Shown one piece after another: positions 1 through 7,405 of a DNA stretch of 34,657 nt. The translations under genes were made by a program, and so were the position numbers. Every line of letters starts with the position of its first letter. The first letter of the stretch is position 1. Below the pieces are notes generated by a model that searched no databases, was not told the origin of the DNA, and saw only the letters and a list, made by a program, of their open reading frames with translations. The DNA is from Bdellovibrionota bacterium (lineage in GTDB: Bacteria; Bdellovibrionota; FAC87; UBA2466), in contig JBBQIT010000001.1 of assembly GCA_038325205.1 (NCBI GenBank), forward strand, positions 1 through 34,657, written 5' to 3'.

Positions 1-106
1 AAGCCCCCCGAAAATTTTCGCGGTGAAAGCAATCCTGTCCCCCTGTGTCCCCCACTTTCCCATCGTCCGATCCTGAATCTAGTTCAATCAAGTAGTTAGA
101 AAGTAA

Positions 107-136
107 TGGCGGAGAGGAGAGGAATCTAACCCCGTC
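107..136 (-). other. tRNA-Ser-like 3'-end fragment (T-arm, acceptor 3' strand, CCA); not a complete tRNA
   Basis: The minus strand reads GACGGGGTTAGATTCCTCTCCTCTCCGCCA. This gives acceptor 3' strand CCTCTCC, discriminator G, CCA, a 4-of-5-bp T-stem and a degenerate T-loop TTAGATT. No D-arm or anticodon arm can be folded from the adjoining sequence. Confidence 0.3.
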
Positions 137-302
137 ATTTATTAACGCGCTGAATCTACTAAGAAAATAAAAAATAACAGGAGCTTACCCACAGGTGCTC
201 ACTGCAGAGAACGGAACCAATTATCCCCTATTTTGCCCGTCCTGTCCCCCGGGGGGACGCGGCTCGAATGATGGAGTCTCCGCCACCACATTTTCGTACG
301 CA

Positions 303-335
303 CTCTCGAACCCCAACTGCGCGGGGGTTCGAGAG
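303..335. other. Perfect 12-bp stem-loop (CTCTCGAACCCC / GGGGTTCGAGAG, 9-nt loop) in the non-coding leader
   Basis: Read directly: 303-314 is the reverse complement of 324-335. It sits between two TCCCCCGGGG palindromic motifs (245-254 and 379-388). Confidence 0.6.
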
Positions 336-405
336 ATTGCGACTTTGTGGGGGACGAGGATTCCTCGAGCCTTTAGCTTCCCCCGGGGCGACGAACAACT
401 AGGAT

Positions 406-1905
406 CTAGCTCGCTTGAGCCGCTTGTACCGACTGCCGGCCGGTGAACCAATGCATTGCCGCCAGCCGTGTCGCCAAACCTTCGGAGGGCTTGTAGCCAA
501 ATGAGAATTCTTTAGCGACAAAATCCGAGATAACCTTTGTTCGCTCCTCCGCGGTTAACTCGCTCTGAAAAGCGGCTAAAGCAGTTCGTTTTCGCTCTTC
601 CTCCTGCCGCTCATCCGGTTGCGATTTCGCCTCATTCCGACTTCTATGTCCGTCTGCTTCTGCCACTGGAGTGAATCCCTTTTTCCGGCAAGTCTGTAGC
701 ACGTCGTCTATCGCCGTTGCGAGATAGCGAAATGGACTGTGGCAGCTTTCTCCGGACAGAGTGCCGTAGCGATCGACATACGCCAGTGTCGTGCTGATCT
801 CTTCGCAGGTGTGAGTTTCCAGTAACTGCATGAGTCCATCCCGCTCGGTCTTTTGTTTCTCGGGGGCGCGGATTTTTTCGATGCGATCCAACAGCGCCTC
901 TGTGCCTTCTTGAGAGAGATTCTTAGGTTTCTTAATACTTCTTATTTGTCCCTCATTTCGAGGCGGCTTCGTCCTCAAATTGAGGTGGGAGCGATCTCGT
1001 TTTGAGGGAGCTGCCGCCTCCCTCCGAGGTCCCCCATTTTGAGGTTGCTCGGATCGAGGTGGCAGGTTTTCTGGATCACAACCAGCAAACGCAATGGGAG
1101 AAATGCACCAGACGTTGCCGCGTTTGTAGTCCGTTTCCAGCAGTTCGAGGAGCGATGCCTCGCGCAGAGTTTTGAGACAACGCGAGATCGTGGCATGAGA
1201 CATGGCCGTATGGTCCTCAATGAATCCTACCGAAGCGCGTAGCGTTCCGTCGGAAGTTTGGAACCTCCACCCCCGAGACGACATCCAGAGAAACAAACGG
1301 AAGCAATCTCCGGACAAGCGCTGGAGCTGTGGGAACGAGAATGCCCGGTCAGATAGGCGGAAGAACGCTTTCGAAGATTGCTCAATTTGAGGTAGCTCAA
1401 TCTGAGCCACCTCGGTCTCAGTAGTCGCCTCATTTCGAGGTGGCTCGTTCTTAGCTTGCTTCTTTCTAGGCGCCTCAGAACTAGCTGGCTCATTTCGAGG
1501 TATCTCTGATCGAGGTGCCTCATTTTGAGCTTGGCGGAGATGAGGTACCTCAGATTGAGGTTGCTCAACTTGAGTGTGCCCGTTGTGAGCATCCTCATTT
1601 CGAGGTGGCTTACTTTGAGTTGGCTCATGGCGAGGTGGCTCACTTGGAGCTACCTCATATTGAACCTCCTCCTTTTGAACTGCCTCATTCTGAGGCGGCT
1701 CATTTCGAGGCTCCGCTTTTTGAGGCACCTCTGTTCGATGGGCCTCAGACGGAGGCGCCTCACGAGGAGGCACCTCCTTTCCATTTGCCGACGAAGCTTC
1801 CGGTGGCGGTTTGAAGCTCGGACCGCTCTTGGATAAACGCAGAGGCTCGTTAACCCGCATTTCCCGAAGGGCGTTGCGAAGGCTGCTTGGCTTTTTTTCG
1901 CTCAT
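406..1905 (-). CDS. Winged-helix/HTH DNA-binding protein with tandem pentapeptide (E-x-P-x-x, e.g. PPRNE) repeats; candidate ParA partner or replication initiator
   Basis: 499-aa ORF whose ATG overlaps the parA stop (ATGA at 1902-1905). Residues ~44-176 have Glu every fifth residue (PPREA/PPSEA/EPRNE/PPQNE/APRSE/IPRNE...). The central segment FRLFLWMSSRGW...SHATISRCLKTLREASLLELLE looks like a wHTH. A second short repeat patch (PPRSEQPQNGGPRRE...KPPRNE) follows it. No ParB-like motif recognised. Confidence 0.65.
   Translation of the reverse strand: MSEKKPSSLRNALREMRVNEPLRLSKSGPSFKPPPEASSANGKEVPPREAPPSEAHRTEVPQKAEPRNEPPQNEAVQKEEVQYEVAPSEPPRHEPTQSKPPRNEDAHNGHTQVEQPQSEVPHLRQAQNEAPRSEIPRNEPASSEAPRKKQAKNEPPRNEATTETEVAQIELPQIEQSSKAFFRLSDRAFSFPQLQRLSGDCFRLFLWMSSRGWRFQTSDGTLRASVGFIEDHTAMSHATISRCLKTLREASLLELLETDYKRGNVWCISPIAFAGCDPENLPPRSEQPQNGGPRREAAAPSKRDRSHLNLRTKPPRNEGQIRSIKKPKNLSQEGTEALLDRIEKIRAPEKQKTERDGLMQLLETHTCEEISTTLAYVDRYGTLSGESCHSPFRYLATAIDDVLQTCRKKGFTPVAEADGHRSRNEAKSQPDERQEEERKRTALAAFQSELTAEERTKVISDFVAKEFSFGYKPSEGLATRLAAMHWFTGRQSVQAAQAS
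952..1062. repeat. Second, shorter patch of the 15-bp coding repeat, on the other side of the wHTH segment
   Basis: Units CTCATTTCGAGGCGG, CCTCAAATTGAGGTGG, CGTTTTGAGGGAG, CATTTTGAGGTTGCTC and GGATCGAGGTGGC are visible on the plus strand. Confidence 0.7.
1381..1788. repeat. About 26 in-phase degenerate 15-bp tandem repeats inside the 499-aa CDS
   Basis: The plus-strand unit is CTCATTTCGAGGTGG (minus strand CCACCTCGAAATGAG = P-P-R-N-E). The exact 12-mer CTCATTTCGAGG occurs at 1429, 1489, 1594 and 1699, and again at 952. Phase is kept over ~400 nt with one 3-nt insertion. Each well-conserved unit contains the small palindrome CCTC-N5-GAGG. Confidence 0.85.
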
Positions 1906-2759
1906 TTCACGCCTCCCGCAGCCATTGTAACGGAAGTGGAGTCATCCATTTGAGTTGACTCAAACTGAGATCCCTCAGATTGGGGGTGCTGGAGGCGAGA
2001 TAGCACCTCATCGGCAAACATCAGGTAATCCTCCGCGCCCGAGCTGGTGGGTGCATGATGGAAAATCGTTTTACCGAGAGCCGGTGCCTCTTTGAGCTTC
2101 ACGTTTCGCCGGATTTTGGTCGTAAAAACCTTCTCACCGAAACTCGCCACGAGCTCGTCGAAGACATCTCCCGCGAGTCTCGTCTGATCGGCGAGAGTGA
2201 GAAGTATTCCTAGGATTTCCAGTTCCGGGTTCGTTCCGAGTTTGATCTCCTCGATCTCGGTGAGCATGTCTTTTATTCCGTTCATTGCGTAGAACCCGGA
2301 ATCGACGGGAATGATAAGAGCGTCCGCCGCGTTGAGCGCTGAATTCATGAGAGGCCCGAAGGTCGGCGGAACATCGAGAATGATGACAGAGTATTTTTCC
2401 CTGGCGGCGTTCAGCTTTCGGGCGAGTCGAAGTTCGCTATTAGTCATACCGACCATCTCCCGCTCGACTTCCGCGAGACGCCGGGTTGCCGGTATCAGAG
2501 AGATCCCATCTCCACTGTAGATCGCCGCGTCAGCAGGCAGGTCACGATCGAGAATTAGATCGCTGATCGATTTGCCGATAGCTGAGGAGGGTATTCCGAA
2601 GCCCTGGGTGGTATTACCTTGCGGATCGGTATCGACCACAAGGACAGATGCTCCCCGGATGGCGAGAGCTTGGGAAAGGTTGATGGTGGTCGTGGTCTTT
2701 CCTACTCCACCTTTTTGATTCGTAACTGCGATGATCTGACTAGTCATGTCATTCTCCAT
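1902..2759 (-). CDS. parA: ParA/Soj-family partition ATPase
   Basis: 285 aa with deviant Walker A NQKGGVGKTTTTINLS, DTDPQGN and a Walker B-like VIILDVPP. An alternative start at M5 (2747) has GGAG about 6 nt upstream. Confidence 0.9.
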   Translation of the reverse strand: MENDMTSQIIAVTNQKGGVGKTTTTINLSQALAIRGASVLVVDTDPQGNTTQGFGIPSSAIGKSISDLILDRDLPADAAIYSGDGISLIPATRRLAEVEREMVGMTNSELRLARKLNAAREKYSVIILDVPPTFGPLMNSALNAADALIIPVDSGFYAMNGIKDMLTEIEEIKLGTNPELEILGILLTLADQTRLAGDVFDELVASFGEKVFTTKIRRNVKLKEAPALGKTIFHHAPTSSGAEDYLMFADEVLSRLQHPQSEGSQFESTQMDDSTSVTMAAGGVK

Positions 2760-2879
2760 GTTGACAGGCCCTTCAACCCCGCCAACAATGGAGGATGTTG
2801 AAGTCCTGAGCTCTTGCGAGCTTGGGTTAGTGAAGTCAGCGTCTCGGGGTGCAATCCAAGTGCTGACGGAATTTTAACG

Positions 2880-2907
2880 GGGCTCGAAAGCTATAACTTT
2901 CGAGCCC
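2880..2907 (+). other. 11-bp perfect stem-loop followed by a T-rich tract (terminator-like) in the parA-xre divergent region
   Basis: GGGCTCGAAAG-CTATAA-CTTTCGAGCCC followed by TGTTTATTTT. No plus-strand gene lies upstream, so its role is unclear. Confidence 0.4.
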
Positions 2908-2913
2908 TGTTTA

Positions 2914-2931
2914 TTTTGAGCTGGCTCAAAA
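2914..2931. promoter_or_regulatory. Inverted repeat TTTTGAGC-TG-GCTCAAAA
   Basis: 8-bp perfect arms with a 2-nt spacer, read directly. It lies in the 317-bp divergent region between parA and xre. Confidence 0.4.
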
Positions 2932-2977
2932 CGAGTTTCCTCGAAGTGAGGCAACCTCGGCCCCATAAGAAAACCGA

Positions 2978-3039
2978 TAGAAACAATGTTTCCACTCTGT
3001 GAAACCCGAGTCAATAAGAATTTAGAAACAATGTTTCTA
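2978..3039. promoter_or_regulatory. Two copies of the palindromic box TAGAAACA-A-TGTTTC(T/C)A; candidate operators for the adjacent XRE regulator (or centromere-like sites)
   Basis: TAGAAACAATGTTTCC at 2978-2993 and the perfect 17-bp palindrome TAGAAACAATGTTTCTA at 3023-3039, 45 bp apart. The second copy ends ~38 nt before the xre ATG. Confidence 0.5.
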
Positions 3040-3076
3040 TTGAAATCGGTGGCCTGGAAAACTAGACTCAGTTGGA

Positions 3077-3307
3077 ATGCCAAGACAGACGACATCTATT
3101 TCCGCCAAGAAAAAAGAGGCGGAGCGCTTATCTAATATTCGTGGAGCACTTGGATTGTCGCGGATCGAACTCGCCAAGGAATTCAAAGTAACTCCGCAGG
3201 CCCTCGGGATGTGGGAAAGAGGCGAACGAACAATTCCCGGGCCTGTCCTAAAGCTAATTGAAATCTACGAAGCAAAGCTCAGCGGAAAACGGAAGAGGGA
3301 GGAATAG
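3077..3307 (+). CDS. XRE/Cro-C1-family HTH transcriptional regulator
   Basis: 76 aa. The HTH LSRIELAKEFKVTPQALGMWERGER is typical of the family. Confidence 0.85.
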   Translation: MPRQTTSISAKKKEAERLSNIRGALGLSRIELAKEFKVTPQALGMWERGERTIPGPVLKLIEIYEAKLSGKRKREE

Positions 3308-3481
3308 ATCTTCCAGTGAGGCTTTCTCTCGCGAAAAGAGATACTCGAACTGCAAGATTATTCGATCCGCGAGCGAGTTACCGTAAACGAGAGAAACTCG
3401 ACAGCCGGTTACCAAGAGGGTAGGCCGAAACGCTAAAGTGGAAACCACATGAGGAATTTGGACTGACGCTCTTTACTTCGA

Positions 3482-3610
3482 TTAGAAAATCGCTCCCTGA
3501 GATTTCTCCCATCGCTTACTCACTTGAGCCCAGTCGATTACATTCCAAAATGCGCTGATATATTCCACTCTGCGGTTTTGGTATTTCAGATAATAAGCGT
3601 GTTCCAAAAG
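3482..3610 (-). pseudogene. 3'-terminal remnant (42 codons plus stop) of an Fe/Mn superoxide dismutase gene
   Basis: The minus strand translates to [42 protein letters not shown]. The intact SOD at 8778-9422 has [40 protein letters not shown]. Positions 3498-3610 align ungapped with 8815-8927 at a constant offset of 5317, with 8 mismatches in 113 nt. There is no N-terminal part; the PAP2 stop lies 26 nt upstream. Confidence 0.85.
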
Positions 3611-3636
3611 GCTTCGATGCAGCTTTGGTATGCTTT

Positions 3637-4317
3637 TCACGTGTTTTTCCCTTTTGGCGGTTTGGCGAATAAGAAAACCGCCAAGCCAAACGTCCAGCCG
3701 GATCCCAAAAGCAAGCCACTAAGGACGTCACTCGGATAGTGAACGCCCAAATACAGCCGAGAAAAAGCGACGAGACCGATGAGAATCCCTGCGATGACAA
3801 AAAGAACAGCCCTTTCCTTCCAGTCGGTAAAGTGGCGGGAGGCCAGCAATGCGAGCGACAGAAAGATAGCCGTCGATGCAATCGTGTGGCCGCTAGGATA
3901 GGAATAGTCGGTCACTTTCACGAGATGGGGGATGACATTTGGGCGAGGCCGTTGAATGAGAAGTTTTATTAGGCCGACTCCGAGACCTGCCCCCGCCGCA
4001 GAGAGAAATAAGAAGATAGCGCCCCGCTTATTTCTCAAGAGCCATAGGACCACGCATCCGATAATGCAAATCAGCGCCATGACCGTGGCTGAACCTAATG
4101 CGGTAATGTCCACTGCCGGGCCGTTCAAGCGTGCCAGGCGAAACTTCCCGATTTGGGTCAAGATTAAGCCATCAAGGCTGCTGACACTTCCGTCCTCGTG
4201 AAGCTCCCAAGTGAGTTTGATGAATAACCCCAAAGAGAAGCAAGCAAGCGCCAAAAACATCATCTGCCGAAGTGTCTTCGGGGAAAATCGATCAAAACTA
4301 TTGGGTAATTTAATCAA
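3637..4317 (-). CDS. PAP2-family (type 2 acid/lipid) phosphatase, membrane protein
   Basis: 226 aa with motifs [13 protein letters not shown] and [13 protein letters not shown] and several hydrophobic spans. Its start overlaps the upstream gene stop by 4 nt. Confidence 0.85.
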   Translation of the reverse strand: MIKLPNSFDRFSPKTLRQMMFLALACFSLGLFIKLTWELHEDGSVSSLDGLILTQIGKFRLARLNGPAVDITALGSATVMALICIIGCVVLWLLRNKRGAIFLFLSAAGAGLGVGLIKLLIQRPRPNVIPHLVKVTDYSYPSGHTIASTAIFLSLALLASRHFTDWKERAVLFVIAGILIGLVAFSRLYLGVHYPSDVLSGLLLGSGWTFGLAVFLFAKPPKGKNT

Positions 4318-5072
4318 TGAGATTTCTCGGCGGCTTTATGTCGAAAAATCAAAAGACACGCTAGGATGAAAACGACGAGCACCGCCGATGCGGAATAACG
4401 GCTCAATGCCAATCCACCGGATTCGTGCGGCTTATCTAAAAAGTCTCCCACCACCGCCCCTAGGGGTCTGGTTAAAATGAAGGCTGCCCAAAACAGGCCG
4501 ACGCGAGAAATGCGGGTCCAGAAATAAAGGCCTGCGACTAACGCGAGTGAAGCGCCGAAAATGACTGCGGCTCCGCCGTATCCAAAACCCGCCGTATCGG
4601 ACGTCCAATCGCCAAGAGCCGTTCCCAGGGTTTGCGAGAACATGATCGTGACCCAGTAAAACATTTCGACCTTCGGACTATTCACCGTATCAACTGAGAC
4701 AGAACCCATGGTCCAATGCCAAACCGCTAAGGAGCCCAGGAGCAACACTAGGAGGAGAGTACTTCCCCCCGCGTAGCCTATTCCCAAGGAGCGGGTGGCG
4801 AAATCGGCCATCGTCGTTCCCACAGTCGTTGTTGCAATGATTGTCGTCCAATAAATAAAGGGATGAAAGCGAGGTGCTTTGATCTGAACGGTGACGGCAA
4901 TCAGGAAAATGGCAGCAAAGATGGCGGTTCCCACCAGGTATCCCAAGTTCATGGACATCGAGACAGCATCTCCTGCCGTTTCACCTAAGGTAGTAGCCGC
5001 GATCTTAATGATCCAAAAGACCAGCGTTAGTTCGGGTACCTTGCTCACACTCTTTTCAAAAGTTTTGTTCAT
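4314..5072 (-). CDS. Polytopic membrane protein with a four-fold internal repeat (COG4705-like)
   Basis: 252 aa. The repeated motifs are TLGETAGD, TVGTTMAD, TLGTALGD and PLGAVVGD, each after hydrophobic helices. The N-terminus VPELTLVFWIIKIAATTLGET resembles COG4705-type proteins from memory. Confidence 0.6.
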   Translation of the reverse strand: MNKTFEKSVSKVPELTLVFWIIKIAATTLGETAGDAVSMSMNLGYLVGTAIFAAIFLIAVTVQIKAPRFHPFIYWTTIIATTTVGTTMADFATRSLGIGYAGGSTLLLVLLLGSLAVWHWTMGSVSVDTVNSPKVEMFYWVTIMFSQTLGTALGDWTSDTAGFGYGGAAVIFGASLALVAGLYFWTRISRVGLFWAAFILTRPLGAVVGDFLDKPHESGGLALSRYSASAVLVVFILACLLIFRHKAAEKSH

Positions 5073-5141
5073 GCTCTCCCCTCGTTCAACGTCGCGTCAC
5101 GCCACATGCCTGCTCCGATGATTCAAGTATCGGCTCCATTA

Positions 5142-5201
5142 ATTGCGCTGCTATTTCAATCGCATTACACGCATGTAATGTTGGCGCAAAATCAGCGCAA
5201 T
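5142..5201. promoter_or_regulatory. Nested concentric palindrome in the divergent promoter region between the membrane-protein operon and the two-component operon
   Basis: The outer arms ATTGCGCTG (5142-5150) / CAGCGCAAT (5193-5201) and inner arms CATTACA (5163-5169) / TGTAATG (5174-5180) share the same centre (5171.5). Confidence 0.5.
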
Positions 5202-5269
5202 CCTGCCGGTCGATAATGATTACTAATGGAGTTTATGAACGAGCAGAAAAGTGCTACAAAAACAATAGC

Positions 5270-5944
5270 ATGCGTATTTTAATTGTCGAGGATGACCTCA
5301 AAATCTCCAGCTACATCCGAAAGGGCCTGGAACAATCGGGGTATACCGTGGACGAAGCGCCCGATGGTGAGGAGGGGCTTGCGGCTGTCACTACCAGTTC
5401 CTACGATCTTCTCGTCGTGGATCTCATGCTTCCAAAGCTCGACGGACTCTCCCTCATTGAGACATTGAGAAGTAAGGCGAACCGAACGCCGGTTCTGATC
5501 CTAAGCGCGAAGCAAAGCGTCGATGACCGAGTCAAAGGCTTGCAAAAAGGCGGCGATGACTACCTCACGAAGCCATTTTCGTTCGCCGAACTTTTGGCGC
5601 GTATTCAGGCCCTATTGCGCCGGGCAAACCAAAAACCTGAGTCAACCAGCCTTGCCGTCGGAACACTGACGATGGATCTTCTTTCGCGCCAAGTGAGCCG
5701 AGAGGGAAAACCGATTGAACTGCATCAGAAAGAATTCGCTCTGCTCGAATACTTCTTAAGAAACCCCGGCCGCGTTCTCACAAAAACGTTAATCCTCGAT
5801 CACGTCTGGAATTATCAGTTCGATCCGCAAACCAATGTAGTCGATGTGTTGGTTTGTCGATTGAGAAATAAGCTGGATAAAGGATTTAAGGAAAAGTGCA
5901 TCCACACACTGCGCGGAGTCGGCTATGTTTTTAAAGAAAACTAG
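5270..5944 (+). CDS. OmpR/PhoB-family response regulator (CusR/CopR-like)
   Basis: The REC domain reads MRILIVEDD...LLVVDLMLPKLDG...YLTKPFSFAELLARIQALLRR, and the winged-helix output ends LRGVGYVF. I chose the start at MRILIVEDD rather than the track start at 5216. Confidence 0.9.
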   Translation: MRILIVEDDLKISSYIRKGLEQSGYTVDEAPDGEEGLAAVTTSSYDLLVVDLMLPKLDGLSLIETLRSKANRTPVLILSAKQSVDDRVKGLQKGGDDYLTKPFSFAELLARIQALLRRANQKPESTSLAVGTLTMDLLSRQVSREGKPIELHQKEFALLEYFLRNPGRVLTKTLILDHVWNYQFDPQTNVVDVLVCRLRNKLDKGFKEKCIHTLRGVGYVFKEN

Positions 5945-7331
5945 CACTCGCATCGCTGTCGTGTATGCGGTTTTGTTTCTCATCACTTCACTCGGCCTGT
6001 TTGCCGCCACCTATTTCTTATTTTCCCGGTCTCTCAAACAACGCGACAGGGACATTATTGACTCCAAATTCAGGGAGTACACCGCCGTCCTCGAAAAAGG
6101 CGGACCGGATCGTCTGCATAGCGTGGTATTGGCACCCCAGTTTTCAGATAAAGCCCGCTTCTTCGTCCGACTGACCGACCGGACGGATCGAGGCATCTTC
6201 TTCCATGTCCCAGATGATATCGCCAACGAAACAGATAGCGTTGGGCTGGAAAAACAACTGGCCTCGATACTTCACTGGCAAGACTGGTCCGAGGTCAGGC
6301 CGAATAAGACCCCGGACGATGTTATTCTCATGCGCTCCGGACTGCTCCCTTCCGGCCTTCGATTAACGGTGGGAAAAAGTTCAGAAGAGAACGAGGATCA
6401 ACTTGAATCTTTTCGGCAGAGTTTTCTCACCGTTCTTATCCCACTCGCCTTCTTAAGCCTTCTTATCGGAGGCTGGGTGTCCTCGCGTTTTTTGCGACCC
6501 GTACAAGAACTTACGTCCGCCATGGGCCACATTTTGGGTGGGAATATTGATGCAAGAGCGCCGGTGAAGGGAAACAGGGAAGAACTGGACGAGCTCTCCA
6601 AACTCTTCAACCGAATGCTGGACCGCATTGGCCTGCTCATGTCCACATTGAAGGAAACGGTAGACAACGTGGCCCATGATCTGCGCACGCCTCTCACACG
6701 TCTAAAAATGGCTGCCGAAGTAGGACTCCAGGAAACGAATTCAGTCGAAACTACGCGTGAAGCCTTGGTGGAATGCGTGGAAGATGCCGATTCCATTCTC
6801 AAGATGTTGAACGCCATCCTTGAAGTCTCTGAGGCCGAAGCGGGAACCGCCAACTTGAGTTTTCAAACGATTTCCGCGAAGGACCTTTTTACAGAAATCA
6901 CCGAGTTTTATTCCATGGTCGCCGAAGACAAGCAGATCGCAATCAAAGCCAGCCTAACGGACAACTTTCAAGTCTACGGTGATCATGGAAAGCTGCTCCA
7001 GGCTCTAGGGAATCTTCTCGATAACGCGATCAAGTTTTCTCCCTCGGATAGCGAAATTGAACTTTACGCTAAACGCGAAGGCGCTTTCGATGTGCTCGCA
7101 GTAAAAGACCAAGGCCCCGGAATTCCTCTTTCCGAACAAGGAAAAGTATGGACCCGCTTGTACCGAGGGGAAAAGAGCCGAACTCGCCCAGGGTTGGGCC
7201 TGGGACTGAGTACTGTTCAAGCTATCGCACGCCAGCATGGCGGCGAAGCCATCTTGGACGGTCAGTCGGTAAACGGAAGTACTTTATATCTCAAGATTCC
7301 TCACGCCCCCTCCAACATTGCCACAATGTAA
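5925..7331 (+). CDS. Sensor histidine kinase (2 TM, HAMP, HisKA, HATPase_c)
   Basis: 468 aa with H-box AHDLRTPL, N-box LLDNAIKFS and G-boxes DQGPGI and GLGLGLS. It overlaps the response regulator gene by 20 nt. Confidence 0.9.
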   Translation: MFLKKTSTRIAVVYAVLFLITSLGLFAATYFLFSRSLKQRDRDIIDSKFREYTAVLEKGGPDRLHSVVLAPQFSDKARFFVRLTDRTDRGIFFHVPDDIANETDSVGLEKQLASILHWQDWSEVRPNKTPDDVILMRSGLLPSGLRLTVGKSSEENEDQLESFRQSFLTVLIPLAFLSLLIGGWVSSRFLRPVQELTSAMGHILGGNIDARAPVKGNREELDELSKLFNRMLDRIGLLMSTLKETVDNVAHDLRTPLTRLKMAAEVGLQETNSVETTREALVECVEDADSILKMLNAILEVSEAEAGTANLSFQTISAKDLFTEITEFYSMVAEDKQIAIKASLTDNFQVYGDHGKLLQALGNLLDNAIKFSPSDSEIELYAKREGAFDVLAVKDQGPGIPLSEQGKVWTRLYRGEKSRTRPGLGLGLSTVQAIARQHGGEAILDGQSVNGSTLYLKIPHAPSNIATM

Positions 7332-7405
7332 TGCGGCGGAAACAGTTCGGTAATGGACTAGGGCAATACTGAAGTTAATGAATCGCCCTATCAAAAGGAG
7401 AATCC

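Noticed and set aside
108-288. Possible tmRNA- or tRNA-like RNA on the plus strand. GGCGGAG (108-114) is exactly complementary to CTCCGCC (278-284), which is followed by A-CCA, mimicking an acceptor stem.
   Set aside because: There is no T-stem or T-loop immediately before the 3' strand and no G3:U70 pair. I found no recognisable D or anticodon arm and no tag reading frame. At 181 nt it is too long for a tRNA and too short for a standard tmRNA. A 7-bp complement at this distance can occur by chance.
195-451. Two mutually antisense ORFs (83 aa plus strand, 76 aa minus strand) in the leader.
   Set aside because: They overlap each other completely and lie in a GC-rich, palindrome-dense stretch. 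They have no RBS and no recognisable protein motif, so they are most likely non-coding.
1381-1788. Regularly spaced short repeats could suggest a CRISPR array.
   Set aside because: The period is 15 nt with no unique spacers, the array is in frame within a long ORF, and there are no cas genes.
1227-1836. ORFs 1227-1643 (-), 1515-1814 (+) and 1525-1836 (+) with repetitive translations (HFE..., LRL...).
   Set aside because: They are alternative-frame artefacts of the 15-bp repeat, which lacks stop codons in several frames. Only the 406-1905 frame runs on into non-repetitive domains and is coupled to parA.
3516-3881. 121-aa minus-strand ORF and 71-aa plus-strand ORF (3524-3739) spanning the sod remnant and the PAP2 3' end.
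   Set aside because: They are out of frame with both the SOD-homologous reading frame and the PAP2 CDS. Their similarity to the ORF at 8814-9122 simply reflects the DNA repeat read in a non-coding frame.
5182-5197. Sigma-54-like TGGCGC-N5-CAGCG, 73 nt upstream of the response regulator gene.
   Set aside because: The GG-N10-GC spacing is right, but the T preceding GC at -12 is missing and the -24 hexamer deviates. The site overlaps the right arm of the nested palindrome, which explains the sequence equally well. It is too weak to call.
6130-6145. TGGCAC hexamer inside the histidine kinase gene.
   Set aside because: The -12 position reads TTTTC with no GC, and the site is intragenic.
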